Positions 32,517 to 44,408 are shown, counted from the stretch's first letter. The stretch: DNA of 64,000 bases from an uncultured Methanoregulaceae archaeon (GCA_963737635.1 CAVTTL010000001.1:512001-576000), one strand, 5' to 3'. Translations and numbers: made by a program. The notes: a model not told the origin generated them from the letters alone.

Positions 32517-33729
32517 ATGCAGATAAGCTTCTTGCAAAAAAATATACCGGTATGAAACCCAGCGGGCAGTCCCGCTCGCAGAGACCCTCGCACGCATCGA
32601 ACCAAAAGTCCCGGCGGCCGGCATAACCCGGGTCGCTGATATTACCCATCTTGATCGGATCGGCATTCCTGTCTTTTCCTGCATCCGCCCGACTGCTGAG
32701 GACGGAGCGATTACGGTCTATAACGGAAAGGGGGCAACTGTCGAGGAATCGCGGATCTCCGGGATTATGGAGGGAATCGAACGGTATTCATCGGAGATTC
32801 ACGACCGGAAGATCCGATTGGACACCTACGAAATGATTTCCGGGAGTGAACCAGTGGTAAACCCAAAGGACCTCATCCTCCCTGCAGACACGGAACCCGG
32901 CCATGTGCTCCCCTGGGTCGAAGGTTGGGATATCGCAAACGATGCACCGGTCCTTGTGCCGGCGCAGGCCGTCTTTCACCCCCTCCCACGTAACTTCCGG
33001 CAGATCTTCCGGACTTCTACAAACGGCCTCGCCTCAGGAAACACAAAAGAGGAGGCGATTTTCCATGCACTCTGCGAAGTGATCGAGCGGGATGCATGGT
33101 CTCTTGTTGAGGCCACTCGTGACACTGGCCCGGCAGTAACCGGCATTGATGATCCGATGCTTGCGGAGATGCAGAAGAAATTTGCCGATGCGCAAGTAGA
33201 TGTCATTGTTAGGGACATTACCAGCGATGTCGGTATACCTACTATGGCGGCAGTGGCCGATGACGTGCTCCTGAAAGATCCCTCACTGCTTACAATTGGG
33301 ATCGGGACCCACACAAATGCACGCATCGCAGTGATGCGGGCGCTCACCGAGGTGGCACAGAGCAGACTTACCCAGATCCATGGTGCTCGGGAAGATACGG
33401 TGACCGCTGACCTCCGGAAAAAGATGGGCTATGACAGAGTCAAACGGATCAACGGGTACTGGTTTAAGGATAACGGGACAGTGGATTACGGAACCCTCCG
33501 GTCGTTTGACAGCGATGACTTTGCAAGCGATATCCGGTTTATTATTGATGCGCTCAAAAGACAGGAGATCGACCGGGTGATCGTTGTGGATTTGACAAGG
33601 GAAGAAATCGGTGTACCGGTGGCGAGGGTGATCGTACCGGGCCTTGAGGTCTACGCGATGGATCCGGAACGAAGAGGAGCACGATTGAAACATGCAAAAG
33701 ATCATCGTCTTTCTCGGGCCAAGTCTTGA
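32517..33729 (+). CDS. ycaO: YcaO-family McrA glycine thioamidation protein (indel just after the start)
   Basis: GITRVADIT.LDRIGIPV, YNGKG, MEGIER, STNGLASGN, EVIERD, RALTEVAQSR and VIVPGLE motifs; overlaps tfuA. Confidence 0.93.
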
Positions 33730-34345
33730 TCTGGCATCTGCACAGAGAATACTGGAGGCAGAGTACCGGCCGCCCGCAAAACGGGGTGATATCCTTGCAG
33801 CAGTCCATGATGGTGCAAATATCATCGGCCTTATCGACGGCGTCTTTCACCAAGACTCAGCTGTTGCCCATCGGGAAGTTCTTTCTGCTGTAAAAAAAGG
33901 AATAGCAATAATCGGCGCATCGAGCATGGGGGCGCTCCGGGCAGCCGAGATGGATACGCTGGGAATGATCGGTATCGGGAAGATTTACCGGATGTATAAA
34001 GACGGTACACTCACATCCGACGATGAGGTAGCACTTGTTTTTGATCCCGTCTCAGGATATGCACTTTCCGAGCCGCTCATCAATATCCGTTGCACACTCA
34101 AAACAGCAGAGGCCGCAGGTATAATCACACCGGCCGACCACGAGGTCCTGCTCACTGCTGCCCGTTCGGTCTTCTATCCGCAACGCACCTATCAGAGGAT
34201 CGTAACCGTCGTCGGTGACGCTGTTGATACAATCACAAAAGAGCGGTTCCTCGGCTTTGCTACAGCCACCCCGGCCGATCAAAAGCGGGAAGACGCGGTT
34301 GCGGCATTAAAATATATTAGGGATCTTGAAAAGAAAGACACGTGA
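33692..34345 (+). CDS. tfuA: TfuA-related McrA thioamidation protein
   Basis: VFLGPSL, PPAKRGD, IDGVF, HREV, GASSMGALRAAE, DDEVAL and DQKREDA motifs. Confidence 0.93.
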   Translation: MQKIIVFLGPSLDLASAQRILEAEYRPPAKRGDILAAVHDGANIIGLIDGVFHQDSAVAHREVLSAVKKGIAIIGASSMGALRAAEMDTLGMIGIGKIYRMYKDGTLTSDDEVALVFDPVSGYALSEPLINIRCTLKTAEAAGIITPADHEVLLTAARSVFYPQRTYQRIVTVVGDAVDTITKERFLGFATATPADQKREDAVAALKYIRDLEKKDT

Positions 34346-34382
34346 AACATCACGTTTCTCAGGATTTTTAAAAGCGGAAAGA

Positions 34383-34979
34383 TTACTCCATCTTTCTCCA
34401 AACATAAGCGAACCGCTGGAACGCGGTGATATGGCCGAAAACACCGAAGAGGAGAAGGAGCCAGCCTAGCCAGTTCAGGGTGTATATTGTTAGCGGGACG
34501 AGGATAGTTGCGATCCCGGCCAGCATTATCAACACGAGGCGGTCGGCCCTGCCCAACACCCCGCCGTAGTACCTTCCCACACCGACGGCCTGAGCCTGTG
34601 TCCCCAGGTACGACGACATCAGGACCCCGGTGAGCGCAAGCACACCGATCGGCCAGGGAACCAGACCACTTGCGAAGATACCGGTGATGATGAAGATGTC
34701 TGCGTACCGGTCGACCGCGTGGTCGAGAAAGTCTCCCCGGAGACTCTGGCTTTTTGTCTCCCGGGCAACAGCGCCGTCCATCGCATCGCAGAACGCGTTT
34801 ATAGCGACCGCAAGAACCGCCCAGAGTTCCAGCCGGAAAAAGAAGAGCAGGCCGGCAACAGCGGATGCCACAAACGCTGCGATAGTGAGGATATTCGGGG
34901 TGATCCTGCACCGGATAGCAAACCGGACAAGCGGGTCGAAATAGACCTTGACATGCGGGCGGAACTGGTCGAGCGTCAA
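34383..34979 (-). CDS. CDP-alcohol phosphatidyltransferase (archaetidylinositol-phosphate synthase-like)
   Basis: TPN and DAMDGAVAR...GDFLDHAVDRYAD signature. Confidence 0.9.
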   Translation of the reverse strand: MTLDQFRPHVKVYFDPLVRFAIRCRITPNILTIAAFVASAVAGLLFFFRLELWAVLAVAINAFCDAMDGAVARETKSQSLRGDFLDHAVDRYADIFIITGIFASGLVPWPIGVLALTGVLMSSYLGTQAQAVGVGRYYGGVLGRADRLVLIMLAGIATILVPLTIYTLNWLGWLLLLFGVFGHITAFQRFAYVWRKME

Positions 34980-35488
34980 GGCGACACCCCGGCATACGCT
35001 GACCAGTCTATGGAACCAAACGATGCGCGAATTTCTCCCCGGTAAAATCGTTCAATGGTGTCGGCACATTCAGCCGGGCTTTTTGCTGTCGTGTCCAGTT
35101 CGAAGACCTGAAACGGCTCATATTGCGCTACTGTTTCGATCAGGCATACGTCAAGCGCTTCGGCATCCCGGTTCTCAGCGATCTTGTCCGGTGAATAGCC
35201 GCGGGCTGCAAGGCGGGACGAAAGCTCGTCGGGACGAAGACGCAATACAATCATACGGTCGCAAGTAAGCAGGTGGGCAAAATGGCCTTCGACAAAGCCG
35301 TCAAAAGGTACGAATTCGTCGACCATCCGGTCGGTATCGATGATTTGCGTATCCCGCTCCGGGTCCTTGCCCAGTACATAAGGTTGTATTATACGGGTAA
35401 TATGGACTACCCCGTACCCACGGCGGGCTAGTTCATCTGCAACAGTAGATTTGCCAGTCCCCGGTGTCCCGGTGATACCGCACATCAT
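34976..35488 (-). CDS. Archaeal adenylate kinase (AK6/Fap7-type)
   Basis: ITGTPGTGKST, VEGHFAH and RLAARGYS..KIAEN..AE motifs. Confidence 0.9.
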   Translation of the reverse strand: MMCGITGTPGTGKSTVADELARRGYGVVHITRIIQPYVLGKDPERDTQIIDTDRMVDEFVPFDGFVEGHFAHLLTCDRMIVLRLRPDELSSRLAARGYSPDKIAENRDAEALDVCLIETVAQYEPFQVFELDTTAKSPAECADTIERFYRGEIRASFGSIDWSAYAGVSP

Positions 35489-36537
35489 AGAGCATTTAAC
35501 TCCCGGACAAACCGTTCGTTCTCCCAGTCCTCTCCAACGCTCACCCGGATATAATGGTCGGCAAGTCCTGTAAAACTTCTGCAGGAGCGCACGAGCACAC
35601 CTTTTGCGGCCAACTTCTCCACAATCTCATCTCCGGTGTACGGCATTACGTCGACCATAACGAAGTTGGCATCCGAAGGCAGGACCGGATAATTCAGCGC
35701 TGCACTAAAACGCTTACGCCAAGTGACGACCTGCGCAATGTACCGGGCCGCGTGCTCCTTGTCCGTTAGTGCAGCTGCAGCCGCTGCCGCCGAGACCGAG
35801 TTTACGGTAAAGGGTGTACCAGCCCGAAGGTAGAACGGCTGGAGCCAGGCAGGAACAAACGCGTACCCAATCCGGAAACCGGCGAGTGAATGCACCTTCG
35901 AAAATGTCCGACCGACAACAAGGTTTTCGTACTTTCTCATGAGAGGGAGATAATCAATACCTGAAAACTCGACATACGCATTATCGAGAAAGAGCACCCC
36001 ACCGATCTCTTCAAGTACCCTTTGGATATCCTCAACAGAAGTTGAATTTCCAGTTGGGTTGTTTGGAGTGCAGAGGACTACAATCTTGGCGTCCTTTCCG
36101 GCCCGGATAAGCGCATCAGGATCAACTGAAAAATCAGCAAGTCGTCGGACTGTGACGACCTTTGCTCCCTGTGCCTGCGCGGCGATCCCATAGAAGGAGA
36201 AGGTCGGGGTTGATACTATCACTGTCTCGCCAGGGTCCACAAGCGTGCGCGTCAGGGTCTCGATCACTCCATCCATACCGACACCAGCAACAAACGTATA
36301 GTCGCCGTAATATGCGCAAAGGGCAGAAACCAGAATATCCACCCGCTCGTCAGGGTACCGGTTCGCGGTGAGAACCGCTTCGTGCGCTGCTGCTACCACT
36401 GCCGGTGACGGGCCCTCAGGATTCTCGTTGCTCGCCAGCCGGGCAATACGATTGTCGCCTTCGCTATTCGCACGGCTTCCCTTCTTTGCAAAAACATATC
36501 CGCCTTGCCTATAGCATGACCTTACCAAGCGCTCCAT
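35485..36537 (-). CDS. hisC: Histidinol-phosphate aminotransferase
   Basis: LASNENP, RYPD, PNNPTG, DNAYVEF and RTFSKVHSLAGFRIGY motifs. Confidence 0.93.
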   Translation of the reverse strand: MERLVRSCYRQGGYVFAKKGSRANSEGDNRIARLASNENPEGPSPAVVAAAHEAVLTANRYPDERVDILVSALCAYYGDYTFVAGVGMDGVIETLTRTLVDPGETVIVSTPTFSFYGIAAQAQGAKVVTVRRLADFSVDPDALIRAGKDAKIVVLCTPNNPTGNSTSVEDIQRVLEEIGGVLFLDNAYVEFSGIDYLPLMRKYENLVVGRTFSKVHSLAGFRIGYAFVPAWLQPFYLRAGTPFTVNSVSAAAAAAALTDKEHAARYIAQVVTWRKRFSAALNYPVLPSDANFVMVDVMPYTGDEIVEKLAAKGVLVRSCRSFTGLADHYIRVSVGEDWENERFVRELNAL

Positions 36538-37661
36538 CGATCACCTTCACCGCACGGTCGATCTCGGCATCCGAGATCACGAGCGGCGGAACGAGCCGCA
36601 GATTCCCATCCGCCGCACAGTTAACAATCACGCCATTCTCGGCGCATTCCTTTTGGACATCAGGACATTTGTCTCCGACCTTGATACCAATCATCAAGCC
36701 GCGTACCCGGGGGTGGTATTTCGCAAGGCCTTTCCGGAAACGTTCGCCTTTGCGGGCAACCTCAGGCAGGAGTGGTTCGAGAACGCCAATTGTCGCAAGG
36801 CCTGCAGCACAGGCAAGAGGACCACCCGCAAAAGTGCTCCCGTGCTCGCCTTTCGTAAACTCAAGACCGTCGCGGGCAACAAGAGCACCCATTGGAAAAC
36901 CACTTGCGATACCCTTTGCAAGCGTCACGATATCCGGTTCCACTTTAGTATGCTGGATCGCAAGCCACTTCCCGGTCCGGCCCATCCCGGTCTGGACTTC
37001 GTCGACTATCATAAACGTCCCGGTCGCATCACAGATCTCACGAATCCCCGCAAGGAAACTGTCCGGGGGAATGATGACTCCGGCTTCACCTTGAATGGGC
37101 TCGACGATAACAGCGGCAGTATCTCTGTCCACTGCCTTCTTAACGGCGTCAAGGTTCCCGTATTCAACAAATGTGGTAGGGAGACCAAGGGGTTCGAAGG
37201 GTTCGCGGGCCGCCGGCTTATGCGTTACCGCAAGCGATCCGATCGTCCGGCCATGGAAGCCATGAGTAAAGGCAACAAATTTTTTCTTTTTGGTCCTGAC
37301 CCGGGCAAGTTTTAAGGCACCATCGCTTGCCTCAGCTCCCGAGTTGGAGAAGAAGGTTTTTTTGAGACCCGTAATCTCCACAATCTTTTTTGCAGAGCTC
37401 ACCCTGATGAGGGACATAGTAGAGGTTTGAGCAATGGATGAGTTCATGTGCCTGGTCGCAGATCGCCTTTACTACGGCCGGGTGGCAGTGCCCGGTACTG
37501 CAGACAGCAATACCGGCCACACAATCGATGTATTCCTTTCCGGTGCCATCCCAGACGGTGGAGCCCTTTCCGCGGACAATCGCCATGCTCCGCGAGAAGG
37601 CAGGCATAAAATACTGATCGTCCAGCGCCTTGTACATGCTTGTAACATCGGTATTTTTCAT
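36509..37661 (-). CDS. argD: Acetylornithine aminotransferase (frameshift near 37400)
   Basis: [19 protein letters not shown] joins [26 protein letters not shown] and LAKG. Confidence 0.9.
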
Positions 37662-37740
37662 TCTTACCACGTAATTTCAAATTTTCTATCTTTGGTCTCT
37701 GCGTATATTCTCAAATTCCCTGTTTTGATAGAACGAGGGT

Positions 37741-38658
37741 TTATTCATACTCGATCGTTGCCGGAGGTTTCGGGGTGATGTCGTACACCACGCGGGAGAC
37801 ACTCGGGATCTCTGCGGTAATTCTGGCACCAATTCTCATGAGATCGGCAAACGGGATGTCGAGCGGGTCGGCAGTCATACCGTCACGTGAGTTCACGGCC
37901 CGAATTGCCACGATCCAACCATGAATCCTGTTGTCACCTTTAACACCTGTCCCAAGGCCCAACAGAGCCGCAAAGCACTGCCAGGGGCGGTATTGCTCAA
38001 CAATCTCGGACTCTGCGATCCAGTTAGCCTCCCGGATCACTGCAACCTTCTCCCGCGTGACCTCCCCGACAATGCGGACAGCAAGGCCCGGTCCGGGAAA
38101 GGGCATCCGGTGCTGGATCTCCGTGGGCAGGCCAAGCGCTCCGGCGATTTCCCTCACCTCGTCCTTATATAGGTCCCTGATGGGTTCGATCACGTTTTTG
38201 AATGCCATTTCTAAGGGCATACCCCCGACATTGTGGTGGCTTTTGATGCCCCCTTCGCTCTCGATCCGGTCCGGGTAGATCGTTCCCTGGAGCAGACAGG
38301 TTGCCCCCGACTTTTTTGCTTCCCTCTCGAAAACCCGGATGAACCGTTCGCCGATAGCCTTGCGTTTCTTTTCGGGATCCGTGATCCCGGCAAGTGCGGC
38401 AAGGAACTCATCGCCGGCATCAACTACCTGAAGCCGGATCTCTCCGAAGAGGGTTTTTATTCTTTCAGTCTCTCCTTTCCGCATCAGGCCGGTATCGATA
38501 TAGATCGGAATCAACTGGTCGCCGATTGCGCGGGCTGCAAGTGCTGCACAGACCGAGCTGTCGACGCCGCCCGAGAGAGCTACAACAACCTTTTCGCTAC
38601 CAGCGGCTTTTTTGATCTCCTCGATTGCCTCATGGATGAACTTTTCTGGTTTGACCAT
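37741..38658 (-). CDS. guaAB: GMP synthase, ATP-pyrophosphatase subunit B
   Basis: [33 protein letters not shown] and KPPATIEYE motifs. Confidence 0.95.
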   Translation of the reverse strand: MVKPEKFIHEAIEEIKKAAGSEKVVVALSGGVDSSVCAALAARAIGDQLIPIYIDTGLMRKGETERIKTLFGEIRLQVVDAGDEFLAALAGITDPEKKRKAIGERFIRVFEREAKKSGATCLLQGTIYPDRIESEGGIKSHHNVGGMPLEMAFKNVIEPIRDLYKDEVREIAGALGLPTEIQHRMPFPGPGLAVRIVGEVTREKVAVIREANWIAESEIVEQYRPWQCFAALLGLGTGVKGDNRIHGWIVAIRAVNSRDGMTADPLDIPFADLMRIGARITAEIPSVSRVVYDITPKPPATIEYE

Positions 38659-38672
38659 GATAACCTCCCCGC

Positions 38673-40253
38673 CTATTTTGTGCGCTTGGTGGCTCCGCAC
38701 GCCTCAACAAACCCGAGATATGGAGGGGAAGGGCGTGTTGGCCGTGACCGGAACTCGGGGTGGAATTGCGTTGCAAAGAAGAACGGATGACCGGGGAGTT
38801 CAAGGCATTCCATCCGGTTCTTGTTTGTGGCCGAGAAAACTAATCCCCCATTTTCCAGTTTTTCGATATAGTTGGGGTTGACTTCATACCGGTGCCGGTG
38901 ACGTTCGACAATCTGGTTCTGCCCATAGAGTTTCATTGCGAGGGTGTTATCCCGGATATCCGAGGTATAGTCTCCAAGGCGCATCGTACCACCCAGTTCA
39001 GTGACACTTTCCTGTTCGGGAAGGAGCGCAATCACGTGCGACCCTTCCCCAAATTCTTCGCTGGTTGCATCAGTAATTCCACATCTATTCCGGGCAAATT
39101 CGACGGTCGCCAGCTGGAACCCCAGGCAGAGACCAAGAAACGGCACGTTGTTTTCGCGGGCAAATTTAATTGCCTCGATCTTGTCTTCGATGCCCCGTTT
39201 CCCAAACCCTCCAGGGATGAGAATGCCATCGTAATCCTTGAGCTGGTTGCGTTCGTATCGTTCCGCATCCAGCCATACGATCTTCACCTCGGTAGAAAGT
39301 GCCCTTCCCGCATGTTTGAGCGCTTCCTTAATACTGATGTAAACATCTTCGATCCCATATTTACTTACAATCGCAACCGTGACCCGGTTCGTGTACTCTT
39401 TAGTGACGAGCCGATACCATGAGGGATCTGTCTCTTTCTTCTCAAGGCCAAGAATCAAAGAGAGGACATCGGCTATCCCCTCTTTTTCCATCTCCATCGG
39501 CACTTCATAGGTGTCATTAGCGGTCGCTGCAGATATGACAGCGTTTAAGGGGAGATCGCAGAATGCCGAAATCTTGCGTTTGGTGTTGGCACCGATCACA
39601 CGCTCGCACCTGCCGACGATAATATCTGCATGGAGCCCAAGTTCCCGAAGTGCCTTGACAGAGTGCTGGGTGGGTTTTGTCTTTAAGTCACCCATCGCAT
39701 CCTCCGGAACGAGCGTTACATGGATCAGGACATAGTTATGGGCAGGAAGTTCGCCCCGCATCTGCCGGACTGCCTCTAGGAACGGCATGCTTTCGATATC
39801 TCCGACAGTACCGCCCACTTCCACTAAGCAGACCTCAGCTTTAGTACTGTCAGGGAACTCCTCTTCTGCCGCCTGGCGGATGCAGGCCTTTATCTGATCG
39901 GTGATGTGGGGAATGATCTGTACAGTTTCGCCAAGGAAATCACCCCGGCGTTCTTTATCGATGACTGTACGATATACCTTACCGGTGGTAATGTTGTGGG
40001 AAGAGGTAAGCTCGATATCAAGAAACCGCTCATAGTTACCGAGATCGAGATCGACTTCGCTCCCATCCTTTAAGACAAAAACTTCACCATGTTGGGCCGG
40101 GTTCATGGTTCCCGCATCAATATTCAGGTACGGGTCAATTTTCACAGCTGTGACCTGATATCCGCGGTTTTTCAGGATCCGTCCGACTGAGGCAGCTGTG
40201 ATCCCTTTTCCCAGGCCGCTCATAACACCACCGGTGATAAAAATGTACTTCAC
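38673..40253 (-). CDS. pyrG: CTP synthase
   Basis: [34 protein letters not shown] and QFHPE motifs. Confidence 0.97.
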   Translation of the reverse strand: MKYIFITGGVMSGLGKGITAASVGRILKNRGYQVTAVKIDPYLNIDAGTMNPAQHGEVFVLKDGSEVDLDLGNYERFLDIELTSSHNITTGKVYRTVIDKERRGDFLGETVQIIPHITDQIKACIRQAAEEEFPDSTKAEVCLVEVGGTVGDIESMPFLEAVRQMRGELPAHNYVLIHVTLVPEDAMGDLKTKPTQHSVKALRELGLHADIIVGRCERVIGANTKRKISAFCDLPLNAVISAATANDTYEVPMEMEKEGIADVLSLILGLEKKETDPSWYRLVTKEYTNRVTVAIVSKYGIEDVYISIKEALKHAGRALSTEVKIVWLDAERYERNQLKDYDGILIPGGFGKRGIEDKIEAIKFARENNVPFLGLCLGFQLATVEFARNRCGITDATSEEFGEGSHVIALLPEQESVTELGGTMRLGDYTSDIRDNTLAMKLYGQNQIVERHRHRYEVNPNYIEKLENGGLVFSATNKNRMECLELPGHPFFFATQFHPEFRSRPTRPSPPYLGFVEACGATKRTK

Positions 40254-40545
40254 GTGATCTCCCCGATTGCTTTACCATTTAAGCCGCATTCCCTATTATT
40301 ATTATCTTAACGACGGGATAGAACGGCCGGTCCTGATTGGTGACCACCTGACGACCCAGACTACGTTTTTCAGGAAGAAACTATTCAACACCCTCCGTTG
40401 TTACAACCGCCGTACTCTTCTTTCAGGGTATATTGTAGATCTCTTATCCCATTCGTATGATACCGCCATCGATCCGCCGGGTGCGTCCGGATCAATGGGA
40501 TTACAAAAGCAAGATTGATGTCTGGATAGTACCCATATTAACGGC

Positions 40546-41283
40546 ATGAAACATGGGGCGATCCTTCTAATTCTGGCACTTTTTCTGGTATGTGCCATAG
40601 CCGTCAATCCCGCCTTGGCAGAAAATATGACTGTTACTACTTCTCACGATGCTGCTACGGATTACTATAACTATGCCGAGCTTGCATTGGAAGCCGGGAA
40701 CTATACAGGGGCGATTGCCCTCTACGACCAGGCACTCGGATCGAATACGACCATGATTAAACTGGATGGTGTGCTCCTCTATGTCTACCATGATAAATCC
40801 TATGCACAAATCCAGCAGGGTAATTATACCGGCGCGATAACAACTCTTGATACCGGCCTCTCTGTGTACCCTGGCGACGAGAACCTCCTGAATAACAAAG
40901 GCTACGCCCAGTACAATCTCGGGAACTATGCAGATGCCGTGAATTCTTACGATCAGGCGCTTGCAAGTGACGCAAATTTTACAACAGCCCTGATCAACAA
41001 GGGGGACGCTCTGGAAAAATTGGGGAACTACCAAGACGCGGTAACAGCGTATAAAACAGCAATCGCAAGCGATCCCGGCAATGCAGCTGCGACCGCAAAA
41101 CTTGCCGGGGCAGAAAAATCTGTCGCTGCCAAGTTCCCGGTCACGTTGATCGTCATTATTATCGTTGTGATTATCGCTGGAGCCGGTATCGCGTTTTATA
41201 TCATCAAAAAGGCCCCCTCCGACAAAAAGGCGGCAGATACTCCTGACAAAAAAACCGATACAAGGAAGAAGAGAAGTGAATAA
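40546..41283 (+). CDS. Exported TPR protein with a C-terminal membrane anchor
   Basis: Signal peptide, TPR helices (NKG...LGNY.DA...YD.AL), C-terminal TM helix and basic tail. Confidence 0.85.
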   Translation: MKHGAILLILALFLVCAIAVNPALAENMTVTTSHDAATDYYNYAELALEAGNYTGAIALYDQALGSNTTMIKLDGVLLYVYHDKSYAQIQQGNYTGAITTLDTGLSVYPGDENLLNNKGYAQYNLGNYADAVNSYDQALASDANFTTALINKGDALEKLGNYQDAVTAYKTAIASDPGNAAATAKLAGAEKSVAAKFPVTLIVIIIVVIIAGAGIAFYIIKKAPSDKKAADTPDKKTDTRKKRSE

Positions 41284-41299
41284 ATTCTTTTTTTTTATG

Positions 41300-41716
41300 T
41301 TACGTGAGAGCAGTAACAGCAAATGAGGCAGTGGTTCTTGAGAGCAGGGTTTTTTCCGCATTATCGATCCTGACTTCTCCCTCACAGAACGCGACCCGTC
41401 GCCCTTTCCTGAGCACCCGGGCCTCGGCTACGATTATACCGTCCCGCACTCCCTTGATAAAACTCGTGGATTCAGATATGGTGGCTATTCCCTCGGTCTT
41501 TTCGAGCATCGGATAGAGCGCAAGCGCCATCGCTTCATCGGCAAGTGCAACAAGCAGTCCTCCTTGCAACCAGCCAACACCATTGTGCATATCAGAACGG
41601 ATAGTCATTTTCAGAATTGCCCGGCCTTCCTCTATATGGACAACCTCAATCCCTGCAAGGCAGAAAAAAGGGTTGGCATATTTCCCGTCTTTTCGAAGAT
41701 TATCCAGATAAGTCAT
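41300..41716 (-). CDS. PaaI-family thioesterase
   Basis: MHNGVGWLQGG...LADEAM and AEARVLRKGRR motifs. Confidence 0.88.
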   Translation of the reverse strand: MTYLDNLRKDGKYANPFFCLAGIEVVHIEEGRAILKMTIRSDMHNGVGWLQGGLLVALADEAMALALYPMLEKTEGIATISESTSFIKGVRDGIIVAEARVLRKGRRVAFCEGEVRIDNAEKTLLSRTTASFAVTALT

Positions 41717-41838
41717 GAAACTCCGGGGAAGATGTCTGGAATGAAAGGGTATTAAGGTTCCCGTCACAGAGAGAAGGCGTTCTGCTCCCAAAATATATGA
41801 ATCCGGAATGGTAATCGGTGAATGGAGGCTTTTTGATT

Positions 41839-42096
41839 ATGCCGCTTTCAACAAATGAATTCGAAAAAGGGACCTGCGGGACAAATGCGATTGAGAGCCT
41901 GCTTATGGCCCATCCCGGTATGGCGTACTCGCTTCACGAGATTGAAGAGGCACTTATCGGACCCGGTATGAACCGAACAAAACATCTTGATGTATTTATC
42001 GCTTACCTGACACTGCTTGGCCCGCTGTTGTTTAAAGAAAACAAGATCGAGTACCGGGTGGTCGATGGCATCCCGTACTTTCGGTGGCGGGAATAA
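41839..42096 (+). CDS. Small hypothetical protein (possible wHTH-like fold)
   Basis: GGAGG RBS upstream; AYSLHEIEE...IEYRVVDGIPYF. Confidence 0.55.
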   Translation: MPLSTNEFEKGTCGTNAIESLLMAHPGMAYSLHEIEEALIGPGMNRTKHLDVFIAYLTLLGPLLFKENKIEYRVVDGIPYFRWRE

Positions 42097-42172
42097 AGCA
42101 GCCATATTTTTCGGTCTTCAGGGGCAGGCATATCTGGAAGTACACTTACCTTAAATACACGATTCTCCTGAA

Positions 42173-42412
42173 ATGTGTACCATGGAAGATGCAGAAATTA
42201 AAGAAATGCTCGCCGATCTGGCCTGGCTCAATGCGCTGATCGCGACAGAACTCATTCAAGTAACCGAGAATACCTCAGCTATCCTGCGGAAATCCCCACC
42301 TCCCGAAAGTTGTCTCAGGGATCACCAGGAGCTCCGCGCAACTGCCCTTGCGATTGCAGAGAAATATCATAAAGATGCAGCTCTTGCCCGGCACTTGGGA
42401 AAACACCAGTAA
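42173..42412 (+). CDS. Small hypothetical protein
   Basis: Helical 79-aa ORF (WLNALIATELIQVTEN). Confidence 0.6.
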   Translation: MCTMEDAEIKEMLADLAWLNALIATELIQVTENTSAILRKSPPPESCLRDHQELRATALAIAEKYHKDAALARHLGKHQ

Positions 42413-42756
42413 TATTATTTTGTTCTTTCTGAAGCAGAACGTAGGGGGTGTCGATATCACTGTAGTGGTAATAGATTCCTTTAATGAGATATGAAGAGAG
42501 AAAGATCCTGATGTCCTAGTGGCATGCCTTTGGGAGACCCTCTCGACATCCTGAGCTTCTTGATGCCCCGCTGCAAGCAATAACGACACGCACTCTGGCA
42601 CAGCGGCCGCTCTCGCAGTTATATCGATAACCAGATCTGCCCATAAAACCTTTTTTAACGCCTGTTGAAACTTTCGGTCACACGGATGTTCATTTTTATT
42701 CAGATTGGGCAACCCGGGTCTGCCGGTCCGTTTGTAAATTGTATTTTACATTTATA

Positions 42757-42809
42757 TTTTAAAAAGACTAAAATTTATAATAGTATTATAAATTTTAATG
42801 TTGTTAAAA
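42757..42809. repeat. Three 17-bp TTWTAA-N5-YTAWAA boxes at 18-bp period
   Basis: TTTTAAAAAGACTAAAA (42757), TTATAATAGTATTATAA (42775) and TTTTAATGTTGTTAAAA (42793). Confidence 0.55.
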
Positions 42810-42837
42810 TATTATGAACGCGGTAGTGAAAGTAGTT

Positions 42838-43704
42838 TCAGTCCGTGTCGGGGGTGCGTTCCCTCCTTGCGAACAGATGAACCTGCGACAACGATGTAGG
42901 GGATCCACCATAAAATAAAACAGGAGCCCGGTCTGCACCATCTTGGATCCAGAGCGTGTAACTTTTATCACTGAGGAAATCAAGTATTGAAGATATCCCA
43001 TAACCGCGGTGCTGTAGTTCCGGCAAGTGGATCTCTATGTTTAAACCCGGATGCATTTCCAGGATTTTAGATGCGCCTCTCAGCACATCAACTTCAAACC
43101 CTTCGACGTCTATTTTAATGAAGTTTGGATGACAGCCCGAATAGGCATCAAGCGTTGTCATGCTGACAGAAGTGAGGTAACTTGTTCTCTCAACTACCAC
43201 TGAATTGTGCTCATCCCTTAACGAAACGATTCCCTCAAACGCACCGACTGCCTTATTTATTGCGATCACATTCGATAAATGGTTGAGTTCAATATTTTTT
43301 TCAAGTATTTTGAAATTGTGGATTGATGGTTCAAATGCAACTACTTTACCACTTTTCCCGACCCATTGTGCCATCAGGATTGAAAAGAAGCCGTGATGCG
43401 CTCCAACGTCAAAAACAGTGTCGCCTTCACGCACCATCTGTTTGGCGAATTCCCATTCTGGAGACAGGGAAGCGCAATCATTCCCACCATACCATTCTTC
43501 CCCGGTGGTGTCCCCTATTAGGAAGTTGAATGTGAGGCCACCAATAGTTTTTTTGATGACGTATTGCACGAATGAGTCTTTGTAAAGGTACCTCTTCAGA
43601 ACACACCGCACCCTCAAGGGCAAAACGCGATGGGCAAGAGATATTACTGCATATTCCATTTTTTTCATCATATAAACCTTCAGGTTCGGATATATATGCT
43701 TCAT
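42838..43704 (-). CDS. FkbM-family methyltransferase
   Basis: VFDVGAHHG, VAFEPS and FIKIDVEGFEVDVLRGA motifs; lower GC than the flanks. Confidence 0.9.
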   Translation of the reverse strand: MKHIYPNLKVYMMKKMEYAVISLAHRVLPLRVRCVLKRYLYKDSFVQYVIKKTIGGLTFNFLIGDTTGEEWYGGNDCASLSPEWEFAKQMVREGDTVFDVGAHHGFFSILMAQWVGKSGKVVAFEPSIHNFKILEKNIELNHLSNVIAINKAVGAFEGIVSLRDEHNSVVVERTSYLTSVSMTTLDAYSGCHPNFIKIDVEGFEVDVLRGASKILEMHPGLNIEIHLPELQHRGYGISSILDFLSDKSYTLWIQDGADRAPVLFYGGSPTSLSQVHLFARRERTPDTD

Positions 43705-43706
43705 TT

Positions 43707-44281
43707 TTATTTCTTTTTATTCTCGATCTCTTTCATGCGCATTTCCATTAGGGTGATCCGGCCGACGGACCGGCTCGAGATCTTGTTTCTCCCGCCGTAA
43801 TGTCTCGATCTCACTCTTTGTAAGCCGCTGATCCGCACAGATGAGATACAGGGAGTTCCCCAGCCTGGCACCCGGTGCTGACCAGAAACGACAGGATCGC
43901 CCGGGAATGCGCGTTGCCACTGTTCATCATTTTCTCCAGGGAGACACCAGAGGCTTGTCTCTCCGAGTTTCATCAGCCCTGATGTTAACGGCATTGTATC
44001 CCAGCTCGTCGGACTCTACAGCGTTCAGCACCATACATCGCTGTAGCACGGTGAGATGGTTTTTCTGGCTCGCTTTGGCTGTACCGGTCCGGCTGTCGGA
44101 ATACGCGAGCAGGTGTTGACAGATAGATGTTTATGGATCTCATCGAGCGGCACGCCCCGGGAATCGCGCATACTCGACAAGGATCTGCCGGTAACTTTTG
44201 ATAGTTTTATCAGATCGCCTGGCTTTTTTTAAAAGAGCGAGATAGACCTGCACAGTCCATCTCTTCTTTTGTTGGTGCCAT
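43707..44281 (-). pseudogene. Degraded site-specific (tyrosine) integrase remnant
   Basis: Fragments across frames: MAPTKEE, YLALLKKARRSDKTIKSYRQILVEYARF, VPLDEIH, and RRDKPL. They resemble the N-terminal SAM-like region of integrases and are broken by indels and stops. Confidence 0.5.
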
Positions 44282-44408
44282 GAAAAAAGAATTGACATTA
44301 CTGATTCGACAAAGTTTATTGACATTCTTCACCAAATGGTATAGGATTGCTCCGCTACCGGATCTACGACTTTTGGACTGGAAATGGAACATCGAGTACC
44401 TGTATGCC

